Below are positions 36,062 to 50,600 of a stretch of 64,000 nt of DNA, one piece after another (position 1 is the stretch's first letter; every line of letters begins with the position of its first letter). A model generated the notes under the pieces. The model did no database searches. It saw only the letters and a program-made list of their open reading frames with translations, and was not told the origin of the DNA. Origin of the DNA: Phoronis australis (Eukaryota > Animalia > Phoronida); the NCBI GenBank assembly GCA_002633005.1, contig NMRA01000238.1, positions 310,001-374,000 on the forward strand, in the 5' to 3' direction. Position numbers and translations under genes: made by a program.

Positions 36062-37922
36062 GGAACTTGAACAAGGTAACATAACAATTTCATGCTACAT
36101 ATTTGTCTTGAAAAAAGATAAAATCTTACTTGTCTGCCATATTGCAGGGATATACCTGACCAGGTTTGAACTTGTGCTCTTTGGGCACACCTGATGATAA
36201 AAAGTGTGCCTTTTTTCAAAAAGTTGTGCCCGGCAGACTTTGTGTGTAATTAAAGTGGTAACATATGAAACAGAAACCCCCCAAGGGCAATGGAAAAAGG
36301 AACAGTCGTGTTCACATAAAAGTTGCATTTTACTCAAAAATTCTATTCAAGTAGGCACTCTGACATACACTTCAAACAGAATGTGGTGGAATAAGAACAG
36401 ACTGTCTGTAAGTTGATTGGAATCTTGCATTTTTGGAAAAGTGTTGCATTTTAAAAGATGCGCCCGGGGGCGTACTTCTGCAATGTACTTGTGCCTTTTT
36501 ATTTTGAAGCACTAATGTCGCAAAGGCACAGTCCAGGATTATCCCTGATATTGTACCTAAATTGGTTCATTTAACCCTATGTATGCATGTTTATGTCCGT
36601 TAATCGCTTGTATGGGAATCTACCTACGGTTATAAAAGCAATTGAGGAAAAGATGTTTACAATTGCGTGTGCCGTTCCGGTTTATTTTGAAATACCAGAA
36701 ATATTTTGGGAAAAATACATGGGATTAATTCCACAGATGGTCATGCCACCAAAGAATTCGTGAATACTGTAAAGTTATCACTCCTATTGGCAGATACTGA
36801 CATTACACTGTCAGTGCTGTCCAAGTTAGTCCAACCCATGCATCAGTACCAGTGGTTTTAAGGAACAGATTTGAAATTAAATAAGTAAACTACACAGGTC
36901 ATGTATTAATCCATCAAAATTTGGTGGGACTCAGAGGCAAATTCATGCCCCAGTGCAAAAAATTGCATTCTAAAAATTTGCTTGCATTATTTCCACCAAT
37001 TTTAATTCACATAGGAATACCAGTTGTGTTCTCAAGTATACAGCGGACACACAGAAATCACTGGTATTGTCCGAATAAATGCCCAGAGCTTTTCTGGTGA
37101 AAACTCTGGTATTATTTTGCTCTTTACCTTAGACTAAAGCAAGTTTCTGCTTCAGTTCAATCTGTTTCGCAGCTGAGAGAAGTATGGTAAAGTCTCAGTG
37201 CACAATATGGCTGTCAAGGGAATTTTTTATTTATTCATAAAAATTAAATAAGACTTACAGTAACACCAAATAAGTGTTTTATAATTTTAAAGTTCTATAC
37301 CTTATTTACTATTAAAAAATGTTTTGAGAAAGTGAGAATTCACAGCAATGTTATGAGACATTTGAAAAATGAAAAGGGTCAATTAAGTTAGGATAGACAT
37401 CAGCAATTGTTCAGATTTTACCAAATATAAATTTTACATGACACCTTCTCCAGTGGTATTTTGTGAACATTGTCTTAAAGTGACAGGAATTGGTTGGGCT
37501 TTAAAAAACCTTTCATTTGATATGTATGGTGAAGAAGTGCGAGAGACATTTTTCAGAGTGCGTTTTTCTGCGTGTGAAAGACTCCAATCGCGATTGATTT
37601 TCAAGACATGATCCCTTTCTACCTTTGGCGTATTCAACGCGGTTAAGAAAACAGAAGTCTATCCTCTGGTTAATTAACTATTGATGTGGGACAGTAGAAC
37701 TGAGTATCTTGTCCTGTGAAACCAATCACCTGTTACAGTCAAATCAGATGGAAGGACTGTTCAACAACCAGCTACATGTTTTATGGAGGCAGGCAACTAT
37801 GTATAAGTGAGTAAAAAAACAGTTGAGTCAGTCACATTTTATTTTAGGATAGGCGTCAGAGATGTTTGGGGCTAGCCCAGAAGCAATTTGTGAGCAAGCA
37901 TCTCATTCTGTATAATTTTCAT

Positions 37923-38136
37923 TTTTTATGCGCCCACATATTTATGTGTGAGTGCATATTGCCGTCTGGCGTCGGCAACTGTATCTCCTAAACTTCTCAC
38001 AGGATCTTGATGAGATTTGGCAGATGTGTTCCTATGAAGCTGACGATGGATGACAACAAATTTGGAATGGATCCCACTTCCAGTTTGCCCCCCTTAAGTG
38101 GCAATTTTATTTTTTTACATTTTTCTCTGTATCTTC
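37923..38136. mobile_element. Short copy of the same DINE-1/HINE-like family
   Basis: Starts tttttatgcgcccacata-tt-tatgtgtgagtgcat (terminal hairpin), then gtatctcctaaac(t/c)tctcacaggatcttgatgagatttggcagatgtgtt, shared with 18830. Confidence 0.6.
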
Positions 38137-41100
38137 AATGATACATATTGAAGTTAATTAACTGCTACCTGAGATATCAATCCACCTGGGTCTTTCTCAT
38201 TGATGTTGCTATGACCTTGGTTGAAGTGCAATGTTTGATATTGTACTCTGGACTATTTGTCTTAAAATAATTTGTTTGACCTAATTTCAAAACGGAATCC
38301 ACTATAATTAATTGAAAAGGTAGGTTCCTTGTTACATTTTCTGCAAAGAGTTGAAACCTGGTGTTTTGAATTTTCGCAAAATGTGATCAATAGTTTGAAA
38401 CTCAAAGACATAAAATTTCAGGTAAACATTTGAAGATTCAGCAAAGTGGCCTTGTTACAAAGTAAATCATCTTTGTTGATTTTTCTTTCCGCACATGTTT
38501 CAAAATTCTCATGCGATTATGACCAGATACCGACATTTCTTCAATGTTTTCACAAAACGTACATTCAACACAATGAAAACACTTGTTTATTATGAATTTC
38601 ATCAAACCACATGTGTGCCAAATTATCCTCGATTGTTTGCTGTTCCATTATTGGTAAATCGATAAAATATTTCATGATGTCTGACAATATAACCATATAA
38701 AACACTGGTTATTGATTGTCAAGGCACCTTTTCAGAAGGAGGTCAGAGAAAATCCCCTATTGATCCTGGTCACATGACTTGTGCATGAGCCAGACAAAGA
38801 ACTTGTACTGTTGACTCTGTAGGAAGACAGTGTGTACTGTAATGTTTCAGTGTAGCATCTAACTGTAGTGGGGGTGTGTCAGGACTCAGCTGATGTGCAT
38901 AAGTGTGGCATTTTGAAATTTTTTGAGGTAAGCAAATGTTATTATTAAGTGAAATTTTGCATTATTTTGATGTTGGATTAAGCCTGTCATGACAGATGGT
39001 GTTGTGCATTATGGAAAATATTCCGCTAGAGTGCTTCTAGCTATTGGCATTTCCCAAATCTCTAGTTCAAATATTACAATTTTATGGTGTCGAAGTATTT
39101 GAGTTGTATTATCATTTTGTGTAAGTTCCTTCGCTGCAAGAATCCATTCTAAATTAAATATTGATGCTTGATGAGGTGTGTATGACTTTGGGTACGTAAA
39201 AAATTCATTCTTTCAAACACTTCAAAACTGACGGCTAGAGATGTACCGGGTGTTGAAACCCCAACCAATCCAGTACCATGGTAGTTACCGAAGACAAATC
39301 TAAATGAATGAAAAAATCCTCATGTTGAAGATAGCATGATCACTTTTTGTTAATGGTTTACTGTGTTGGATGTCATCAACAAGTCTATGCATTCAGCCAA
39401 ATATTGTGTGGCATAACAATTACCAAACAACATTCGGACATTTACAATGATGTGATAAGCCTTTTGAAAAATAGAAATATTGCAATTCTTGTAGCAATTA
39501 TTTTTGTCGCAAATTGAAGAATTTCTACAGTACACAAAGTGTTGTTTGCATTATGTGTGCTATGTTTGTCCAACTGATAAATGTTTTCCGTTATTAAATG
39601 TTGACGAGTATGGTGATGAAAAAATGTGGTCATGTCTTATCTGTGTTCTGAAAACAGTGCTGAAGATGTCGGACTATACGAGCTACTAGTCTAAAACTAT
39701 GTGGCAATGGTGAAGCTTTGATTTCACCATTCTTCTTTTTTCATTGAAGTTCTGGAACTAATGTTGAAACACAACACAATCCCTGCTCATAAGGCTTAAA
39801 CACCTTGTGCCAGAATGAGTTTTATTGCTGAGCTGCATTGAGTTAATATTACTAATTCCTCTTCAGCTGAACATACCCAGTGAAAGCTTATGCATGGCTA
39901 GTTAACATTGAAATAGCAGCTTTGTATTATGAATTAGAAAAACTGAGGTAGGGCTAAAGTACTCACGACCTTAAAGGTGCGGTACAAGCAAAAAAGATTT
40001 AACTTTTGGCTTTTTGTTGAAACTAATATCATTTCCTGATCTCTGTTATTTCTATGCCAGTTATATAGCACTGTTGAGATAAGAAAGATGAGGGTGACCT
40101 CATGGGACCCAGGGATCTTCCTATAAATAGAAGGTTCATTGTAATTTCAATGATAACACTAACAGAATGCTTGGCCATTGATTGTCAGCGTATTGTTGTC
40201 TAATCTCCATTGTTTCTAGCATTGTTTAGCTGATCCTCAATAAATGTGGTCTTACACTGTTAGACATCTGGTAAGCTCTTACCTGGTAATTATTAATGGA
40301 GATGTAATTTGGGTGAGAACAACATCTGTCCACTATGTATTGAGTGTGACACTACATACAGTTCAGTCAGATACATTGGTTATGATCATTTATATACTTA
40401 CATAGTGCAGTAATTCTTAATTTATTTAGCACTCAATATGGCTGGCAATCAAAATTCTATTTCATCAAGTTTCTCCTCAAAATATTTAAATAAAGAAAAC
40501 TCTACTCTATTACTATCATGGTTTGTTCTGTATAGATGCAATAAAACAACTTTTGGGAAAGTTTACATTATTTGTAGCATGGTAATGGGCTTTTGGAAAA
40601 TGATAAATGACTATTTGGCAAATAGGTAAGGTTTGGGTGAAATAAACTGGAGAATTGCCATTAAGTAATACAGTAACCCATGAACTCCCTCTAGTACTCC
40701 AGTAATTGTTTCTTTTCATGTACATGTTTGCTCAGAATATTGAATTTAATTGAATATTGTGAAATTACAGTTGGGATCCAAAATATCATTGTCCTTGATT
40801 TAAGTGTCATGTCACCCACTCAATAAATTTTCAAAAATCTGTTATCAAAAAGCAGCTACGAAAATCTATTGGAACTAAAGGTTTCTGGCCAAATCGGTGT
40901 TTAAATATTGTTGTTAAATCGTGTGCCCAAGGTGTTTGCATTACAGTCGTGGTTAATGCTGTCAAATGGTTTTAGGGAGTTGCTGGGGCGGAACATGAGG
41001 AAAAGTATTCAGAGGAATGAAACTATTTTTTCTGATTACAAAAACTAGAGGAGAGCGTGGGAAGAGCTTGTGATTTTGTGTACATGAAAGTGCAAATCTT

Positions 41101-44100
41101 CTGTGATCTCTGCATCTGTCACAGTAAAATTTTTGTTGCGACGACACCTTCTAATTTTAACGAGTGATTCTCCATCCATTGTTTGGCTCCGTATTTTCTT
41201 CTGAATTCCATTGCATTGTTCATCAAATCTTTTGCAAAACTTTCCAACTGCGGTGGTATCTAGTCTTTGAAAACTGCTATATATAGGTTTAAGAATTGTT
41301 TCGAGTTTTTGAAAATTATTTTTCAAATAAATAATTAGTGTTGATGGACAGGTCTGTGTTCAAGTTATTGTGAAATACCTGATGTGTAGTTGTAATAACC
41401 TGTATGTCAGTGACATTGGTCACACTGAAGGGTCCCTTACATAATTCCCTTACATAATGTCATTAGTTAATGATTAGTCTTTGCCAGAGTGAATTGGTCT
41501 ATCCTTGACATTTCTCACCTAAACAAGTGAACTTTAAGTGGCTCAATGGGATGCACACTTCAGTTCTGCAGGTATAAAGCTTATTAACAAAGGCTTTTGT
41601 ATTGGTAGTATTTAGCAATGAATAGGGTCCATTTAAAGATGAAAAAGTTGGTTTTAAATATGGCTCTATTTTTAAGTTTAAATGTGCTTATTACCATACA
41701 GTTAACTCTGCTACTATGGTAGCTTCAATCTTATCTGTGGTTAGCCCTGAAGGTAAGCGTTAATACGCCCATCACTTCGGAGTTAGTCAAAAAATTAGCT
41801 CAGCAAAGTAGGTCATATTCTTTGCTGTTTTTATCCCTGCCGTCAAAAGTAGCAAGGAGTTTGCCCTCTCTTCACAAGGTGGACGATGATGATGTACAAG
41901 AAGATGACATATCAAAAAATTTACTCTCGAGTAGGCTAACAGCTAATCCCATACACGATATGCTCAGTAAAAAAGCCAGCAGGTACACGGATGAATTGAA
42001 ACAGAATGCTTATTGAGCCTAAGGCCAAAATAATAAATGTTAGAACAAAATATTAACAAATGTTAACTAGTCTCCGGTAACTTTGATTCAAGACCAAAAT
42101 TAAATGTTCCCATTGCTAACACCAAAGCTTCAGAGCCAGTGGAAAGACATTTTAATGGTATTGACAGTATTGTCTTCAAACTTTTTTGCATTTGCCATTA
42201 TTTTACTCCAATTATTTCAAGACATGACATGTTGCAGTATGTTTGAAATAACAATTGGGTAAGGAAGTTGAAGGAACCTCATTGAGGATGCCATGGTACC
42301 ATGTCTTTGTTTATCTGTTCAAGCCAGTACCATCGTATCTCAACAAAAATACCCGAGACGAAATAAGAAAGGCAGAATTCTTTATTGAGACAATCTTTTG
42401 CGAGGACGAAATCCTTGCCCAAGTTGGCGACTCAAACTAATTCCAACCCATCCTGTGGGGGACCCTCTCCTTTTGCCTGCTTAGATGCATCTGCTTATAT
42501 CAAAATCATCTATCTCTGCTCTTGTTCAGGATCAAGTATCCACTAAACTGTCCCAAGTCCATTACCAAACCATAATCAACCCAATTTTCCTGCAGCCATT
42601 GTAGTCAGCAGGGACACTTTTGCAAAAGCCATGGCAATCAGACTCACAGTCTAGTAACCCCTGATGACAAATAGAGGTACTTCCAGCTTGCAATATCTAC
42701 AGGATTTTGACAAATTGACTTCATGAAAGTGGCATTTTGTGGTGTACAAAAGTAAGTCCCTGAAAATAATTTATCAGATATTCGCATAAGTGTAGAGCAC
42801 CTGAATGCATTTGAAATACCAAAACACCAGACTACAATTCACTTCTTGGACGAATTCGCCATTATGCTTGAAAACGTGGTGTTGCGTTCAAACTACAATG
42901 ATTCAGAATGTTTGGAACACGTGTGCTTTCAAGTTTGCATTGTTAAAGCTAGTGCTAAAACTAGTCACTGTGTCCTAAACAGCAATGCACTACAATCATT
43001 TTTGCAGCCATCAGAGTGTGTAAGTAATGAATATAGTGCTAGGAATCTATCAGCAGCCAAATGTCTTCTTTTGAATGCTTGTTGGACTCTTTATCGGAGT
43101 ACTGAATGGAAACTCCAGACCTTGTGACATGAAAAGCTTAGCTGTTCAAGGAAATTTGGCTACTCTTATCTACCTAAATTTCATGTCACATCATAATATT
43201 ACCAGAAAATGAACTTTCCTGTCACACCTGTGATATTTCTGGGAGCATGCTCTGCTCACAATAAAACCTGTGTTTATTTACTGTCTCGCATTACATATTT
43301 TTTAGCCCTTGATTTGATGTCATTAAGCACGTTTTGAATATTTACGATATCTCGTATGTGCTGTAACGCAATGACGTTGTAAACAGTAGCATACAGTAAT
43401 CATTGGGGCACATGTAAGCCACAACTATGTTGAACAAGTCAGGTTCCCCCTCATCAACTGGAGGGCAGCTGGTCCTAAGTGATCAGTCATTGTCAATTCA
43501 TGAAACTCTTCATTTGATCTTAATCAATACACATTATAAATGTAACAGTGGCTAAAATCAATAGTTATAATTATTGACTATATTGCTAATTATCTTTGTC
43601 TCCACCAACTGGCTCATCTTATTGGCTAAGCCCACCTAAGGAAACTATTAATTTATCCATTAACTACTTCCTTTTTGGTGACTCTATTGTCATGTTCAAA
43701 TGAGTGGCATATGGCCCATTGTTTGAGATAATTTTAAGTTGGCTATTTGCAGTATATGTAATTTAAGCCCTGTTCTTAATTATGCATGTTTTAAGGATTT
43801 GTTACTTAAAGATCATGGTGCAACTCACCATTTTTTCTTTTTGTTTTTGTTTTTGTCTTGTATGTTTGAACAGTATATTTATAATTTTCATGGGATTTAT
43901 GTTTGCATTTACTTACCGGGGTAGATCATCTTGACACACATTCTCTGTGTACAAAAGATTGCTTATAACTCTGATCTGTTCACACTGAATTCTGTGGTAA
44001 TAGACCCCAGTTTTTGCCTTACGGTTATGTAGCACCGTAGAAAAATGTCCAGGTTTGGCTAACTAGACGGTTGATTAGATTGATATGAAATATTCAGCCA

Positions 44101-44457
44101 CTAGGCTTTATGCTTCCTTTCCCAATGTGCTGTTAGGGAATGTTTGCATGAGGGGCTATCAAATATAGGACTCTTATGATTTTCGTGAAAAAATTAAAAA
44201 TTGCATAAAACGAACATGCAATATTAATTTAGAAATCTTCGTCTTGAACATGAAATTTTATCAAGTTATTGATATCAATTGACCTTTTCTTTACTTAATT
44301 TTAGTTTGGGTTTACTCACACTGCTGTTTTTGTCTAGTGGAGGACTCAATGGTAAATTAGCAGAGAACAAAATTATCAAAATGTTTCAAGTTGCATCAAT
44401 GGAGTTCAGATGATTTTTATGTTTCCGCTCTATTTCAGATGAGATGTTCACTGGGCC

Positions 44458-44646
44458 ATGCCAGACTCCAATGAACCCCCACCCGAGGCGAGTGCACGTC
44501 GCACCAGCAGATCACAACTGCTGAGTCAGGCTAACAGTCCCGCCCGTGCCAGGAAGTCTAATCCTGGCACCCACCATGACATCGCCTCCAGTCTGTTCAG
44601 TGGCTACGCAGGCGATCTTGAAGAACTGTTCTTGGCGGCAGCAAGG
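44458..44646 (+). CDS. MAP3K19: MAP3K19-like first coding exon (acceptor at 44438)
   Basis: gccATG with an in-frame TGA upstream at 44440; MPDSNEPPP...EELFLAAAR|gttagt. Confidence 0.8.
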
Positions 44647-47600
44647 GTTAGTGTGGCGGAATGTTAGCTTAGTGAAGTTTTACAGTTGTGATTATTGTAC
44701 TATGATTTTAGAGAGTGATTTCTATGACAAAACCATAGTTTACATTTTTTGACTTGTCATCTTGTATTGTACTATAATGCAAAAAATCAAATCCTGTGTA
44801 AAAAAACACAAAAATTTCATGAAAATGTAATGCTGTTTTTGTGATAACAAAATAAGTGCTAAATCATTAAGACATTACATCCATGATGTAATAGTTTAGA
44901 TAAAATATTTTCATGTGATATATGCACTCTGATGAATGTTCAACCCCAAAGCTTAGTCTCCCAAATTGAAGGAACCTTTTTCAATTAATGACTTTTACCA
45001 ATTTCAAGAACCCTCTTTGATTAATTACCTTTATTGTTTTTGTGTGGAATCGCGTTTTGTCAAACAATGATCAACATCCAGCCATCCATGTACACGATGA
45101 ACATTAAGATTATGTTGGACCTTATGGACAAGTCTATACATTTCAGCGCTTGGCTAAAATACCAGGTCACCAAACGAAATCTGAGGTCTGCAAAACTGAA
45201 AATCTCAAGTCGCCAAACAAAAATCTCAGGTTGCCAAAACTGACTTCGAAATCGTGTTTTATGAAAAAATGTTGTGCTGAATCTTATGCGTTGCTCTTCA
45301 CGCAAAACCATAGATTTTAATTTGGTAAAATGTAAAATGTGATATTAAACTTTGTATCAACCTCCCATTAATGGGGTCTTGTGATCACATCTTTTTAGTA
45401 ATTTAAAAAGGTATACTCACAGTAAAACAGCAGTAACAGCAACATGATATAAACGTAATAAATTGATATCAAAACAATGGTATCAATGAAATGACCAAAT
45501 TTTCCTTGATATGAATGCTGAAAATGCGATCTCAAAAAGCTGTTACATTTTTCTGTATTATCATTTCATTTATACTTCTTTTGAGTTTTCTCAGAAAAAA
45601 CATAAAAGTCCTATTTTTATAGCACCTCAGGCAAAAGTGGAACATTTAAAAAAAAAACAATCCCAAACAACATTTTGGAGAGCAGTGAACATAATGGCTG
45701 AAAGTCTCGCATGAGTCCGGTCAACCATTTCTGTGATGTGATATTCCAAAAATTGCCAAATTTTGATATTTTCTGGTAAGGGTTCCACATAACCCCAAAA
45801 ATATAAACAACCATCCCAGTCACGCTGTTATCTTATGAGCCCTTTAACAGTCATGTTGCGGTAATATTGTGTGAGAGAAGTGATTCACATTGACCACATT
45901 TTTGGCATTTTAGGACGGAGACTACGATAGAATACAGAACTTCCTGCAGAGAAGAGGGGATATCCTTGTCAGTGTTGATGTAAAAGACAAGCGTACAGGA
46001 AACACACCGTTGATATGGGCTGCCAAAAGGGGGCATTCCAAGGTGAGTATGGCCTACCAGTATAACACGGGTAACTTTTGAAGTGAATTTTCGAGAATTG
46101 CTAGGCAATGTCAACATTGCTTTTATGATTAAAATTGATGATTAATGTTGTGCTGGAAGGTAAAATAACTTTTAAGCTATATGAAGTGAGCACTATAGGA
46201 GGCTTTTTTGAAAAAAAAAAACATGTTTTTGATGTTGATCTTTTTGCTGATTGCTAAAACTGATGCATGACTGTGCGTCCTACAAAACAAACCCTTAGTT
46301 GCAATCTTAGCTCATAATCGTTTGTTGACTAAGTTGCAAACATGCCGACAGTTTCCCTCAGTCATTATGTAAACTATGTGTGACATGTTATCCTTTGACG
46401 TGTCAGCTATAGTAATTGCTGTATATTGACTGTCATTAAAATGACACCCAAACAGGCTTTACTCCATAGTCTGTTGTGTTTACTGGTAATATGAAGCAAT
46501 GTAGTGTTTTGAGTTAGAACAAATGTTTTGCTTGTGTACAGGTTAAATCAAAAAAGTTTCGGTCGGAATTTGGTGAAATTTTCAGAAGATATTGAAAATG
46601 GGTGGAGCTCAAACCAAAAATATTTTAGGGCCAATTTCAGGCATTTCAGCCTTTTAACCACTATTGCAATACAAAAAGTGGGAAGACATTATTTTAAAGT
46701 TACCCTACCTATCATTCCCAAACTGTATTTCTTCAGATTGTGCAGTTACTTCTCCGCCATGGTGCTGATGTTACCCTGCGTAACTACGACAACCGTACAG
46801 CTCTGGAAGTTGCCTCACCTGCCATTAAGCAGGTGTTGCTCGATTCCATCCACCGTACGGGTTCCTCACACCAACATCTGCTGCAGGCCGCGTGGCAGGG
46901 CAATATCGAACTTGTCAGAAAGCTAATGGTAACATACACATTTTTGTTGAAGTTTTGTATTCTTTGCCTCTCAGTGAAATACATTTTTGAAAATTGTAAT
47001 CTTTTGATAAATCTTTTTCAAAAGAAGGAGATGTTTTTGGGGAAAGGTTGAATAGACAATTCATGTAATATTTGCAAGTTGTCCTGAGAGTCTAAGTTCA
47101 TGTGAATTCATTTGATTGTGAGGTGTTAAGCTGCTGTGTAGACAATTACATGAGAATGGTGTGTAAACAATTACTGTTTTGGCATCCCATCATTTTAGAG
47201 AAGACTTGACTTTGAAGAAATACAGTTGTAACAGTTCTTGTTTGATTTTCAGTCTGACAGTAAAGCTCTCGACATCGACTGTCGTAACTCCGACGGACTT
47301 ACCCCTCTGCTACTAGTCACACGGGATGTCTATCTATTTGAAAAACTTGGCACCCAGTTGGTGTCCTCCTATGACCCTTTACATGTAGTCCAGGAGCTCA
47401 TATCACATAGAGCGTAAGTGCCACCTGATGATAAGTTGACGTTAATAGCCACTGAAACGCTTGAAATCGTAGCCAAATCTAGGATGTCATGCAGGGACGT
47501 CAACTCTCTTACCTCTAACAGCAGGTGCTTGAAATTTTTTGTGGTATGTTTCGTCGTTGGATCTTTTTTGTCAATGGTTTTATAATTAGTAAATTAATAT

Positions 47601-50600
47601 TCAGAGCGTGGCATTTCTTTTATCTATACATCATTTCCAGGCTCAAGAGCGCTAAGACACTCTGCCCTCTATGGATCCCTCCTATTGTGTTATTTCCGGT
47701 CCTATAGCAATCGTCACTTAAGGAGTCCTGGATTTTGAGAACAAGTTCTGTATTGTGATTTCAGAGATGTCAATGCAACTGACTCAGAAGGCCGCACACC
47801 CCTTCACTATGCATCACTGTCCAAGTCACTCTCAGCCAATGAACTTGCTGATGTCATGCTTACTGACGGATCCAATGTGGGTATGTGTCAGGGTCTGATA
47901 TTGAATGATGAATAGTATCACTACGCTGTTCTGGGGGCTTTGTGGTTACACACCTTTCACTAGAATTGCTGATTCTTCAAAATTCTTTTAAAAGTATTGA
48001 TGCAGTTTTGAGGTTACTTTTTGAAAATGTCTCTTTTATGTGATCCTTTCTCTCTACATTGCCAGGTCACCATTCCCTTTTCTGAAATGTGTTTTGTATG
48101 TAGACTTGGGCAACTGAACTGACCTCTATTGTCAGTTAACTTTTACAGAACTCTTCCGTAAACATCCATTACTTTTGTTTTAAACTTCTCACTCAGTCTT
48201 GTTGAGTTGATATCTGAGCTCGTAACCATTAGACTTTACTTGAGACTGGACATAAAAATCATGTCGCGTGACATTGCAACAGTGTTGTATGTACAAAAGC
48301 ATTCACTCGGGTAGATACTCACAAACGGGTGCATGAAGGTGAACATTGTTTTCACTCTACTCAGATAATGTCAAGAGGCCCCTTTCTTCATTAGCACTGC
48401 CTGATGAATGTCAGTTCCCCCTATATCATCCTCAGTTTCTAAGTGAGAACTTAAATTTTAATCTCACAAACTTATTTTGACTTCCTGTCTTTAAACCTGG
48501 AAGCAAAACCAAGAAGTTAAAAGCTTTTCACATGCTTAAAATGAATTTAAAATGAACAGTAGCATGCATTTCTGTAACAATTCTTGTGTTTAAGTAAGCA
48601 ATTAAAATTTGCCGCGCCATCACTATTTTCCGCTCACGTCCTATATACGTGTATATTTCAGACCTTCGAGATAAACGGTGCTCCACTCCGTTGCATTGTG
48701 CGTCACAGAGTGGCAACGTAGAGGTGGTACTGGCCCTGCTTCATCATGGGTCTGACCCTAATTGTAGGGGCTTCGCAGGAGCTACCCCCCTCCACATCAC
48801 GGTATGTTACAAGAATGAGATAGAAGTCCTGAGGTAGTGAACATTGCTTGTTATGTTCTAATGTCTGGAACATAACTATGCCGTGTATAAAGGGGAAAGT
48901 TTTCTCCTAATTTATCCTTAATTCTGCGAACTTTGTGCACAATACGAACAGCCATGTTATGAGCAATGTTGCCACATCAATGCACAATTGTGAAAATGAT
49001 TTATGCAGTAATAATATCAATATACACAGATAAAATAATGAGTTGTTTCAGTCCATGACGGCGTTTGGCTCCTATAGTTAAATTGGTTCTAAAAATGCTC
49101 TATGGCACTAAATTGCACTTTATTGTGTGCATACTCATTAGGAAGACACAATAACTGGAGTTACAATAACTAGATTTACAATAACTGGAGTTACAATAAC
49201 TGGAGTTACAATAACTGGAGTTACCTGTCTAGGGTTTGGCATGTTTAATATTAGCACTGCACTTTGTTTGTCGCAAGCAGGTTAGTCATTTCGTTTTCTC
49301 TCGGTTGACTTTAATATATTGTTCTTTTTAGGCATACAATGGCCACGAGAGAGTAGCCATGGCTTTGCTAGAAAATGGTGCTGATGTCACATTGGTTGAC
49401 GACTCTGGTCGGACCCCACTGGACATAGCTGTATCTAAGAAAGTCCGGTCGACTCTGAAGCAGGCCTGGGTGCAAGCGACTCAGGTGAAGAAGGAAGCTG
49501 AGATGTCGCTGGCTCCCATTCGCAACGCGACCAAGACTGGTGGCAGGAAAAGTGCTAAGAAGAAAGGTGGAGAAGTGATATTTGACGTGAGTAGTAAGGA
49601 GTTTGTTCCTGCTGAACATGGAGGTTTATATAGGACAAGATGATGGTTGTGTTTCAGTGTTCAACTCATCTCAGTGCTAGATCTATTTTGACTACGTAAA
49701 ATGTTCTTCTGAAGTTGTCAAACATCTACACCTGGAGCTTTTCTACTTTTGTTTTTAATTTATTGGATTTTGGATGAATATAGCCAGCTCAAAGACCTGT
49801 CATTCAATTTCAAGAGGCAAGGCATTTTGTTTCTGATTGAATCATAATCAAGATTTGAGGTCAAAGGTTATATCAAAAGTCAATCCAGAATACAAACTGT
49901 GATGTCTCTTTGCTTGACCCTTCCCAAAACTGTGTACAGATGACAGATTTGTCTTCTTACTGTGCACTCACAGCTAACAATAAACCTATGGAATTGTGAT
50001 ATGTTTATGTTGGCGTTTCCAGGGTGATAACCGTCGTTACTGGACTCTAGTTTACCAGTCTATTGAGCATCGGGCGACAAACTGGGACGAAGTAATTCAC
50101 TTTGACAGTTTGCACACTTGTATTATTTCAAGAGTCACGGCTGAGTTGTTTTGCATGAGCTCTCTCACTTCTCGGTTCAGTGTACTTTGTGACTTGTGTG
50201 CACTCAGTTGAAAAGGAAGTGTTTTCTTTCAATATACAAATTATTGGCTTAAGTTCTGAAAACCTTCCTAGCTTCTCATAACATTTTGATTTTTACTGTG
50301 TTCAAACTTTCAAGGTAAAATTTTCGATTATAACACTATGTAAATTCATTGAAATGTATATTTATCAAGTGAACACATGAACACATGAACAAAACTGTTG
50401 CCTTTTACATTTTCTTGATATTCTATGTGAATTGACTGTGTAACTATTAAAATTAGGTATGTTTTATTTTAATCCTTGTGTTTTACAACTTATGTTTCTA
50501 CAACTTTGTTTTCATTATATTGGTTTCATCAAATTTGTATTCTGAAAAAAATAAATTTTTGATGTGAGCAGAACACTCACTGGTCTGGAAAAATAATGGA

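Noticed and set aside
40962-42440. Possible nested gene in the kinase first intron (ORFs 40962-41147, 41045-41326, 41822-42016, 42255-42440)
   Set aside because: Short ORFs on mixed strands with no consistent splice chain; cannot be supported without RNA-seq
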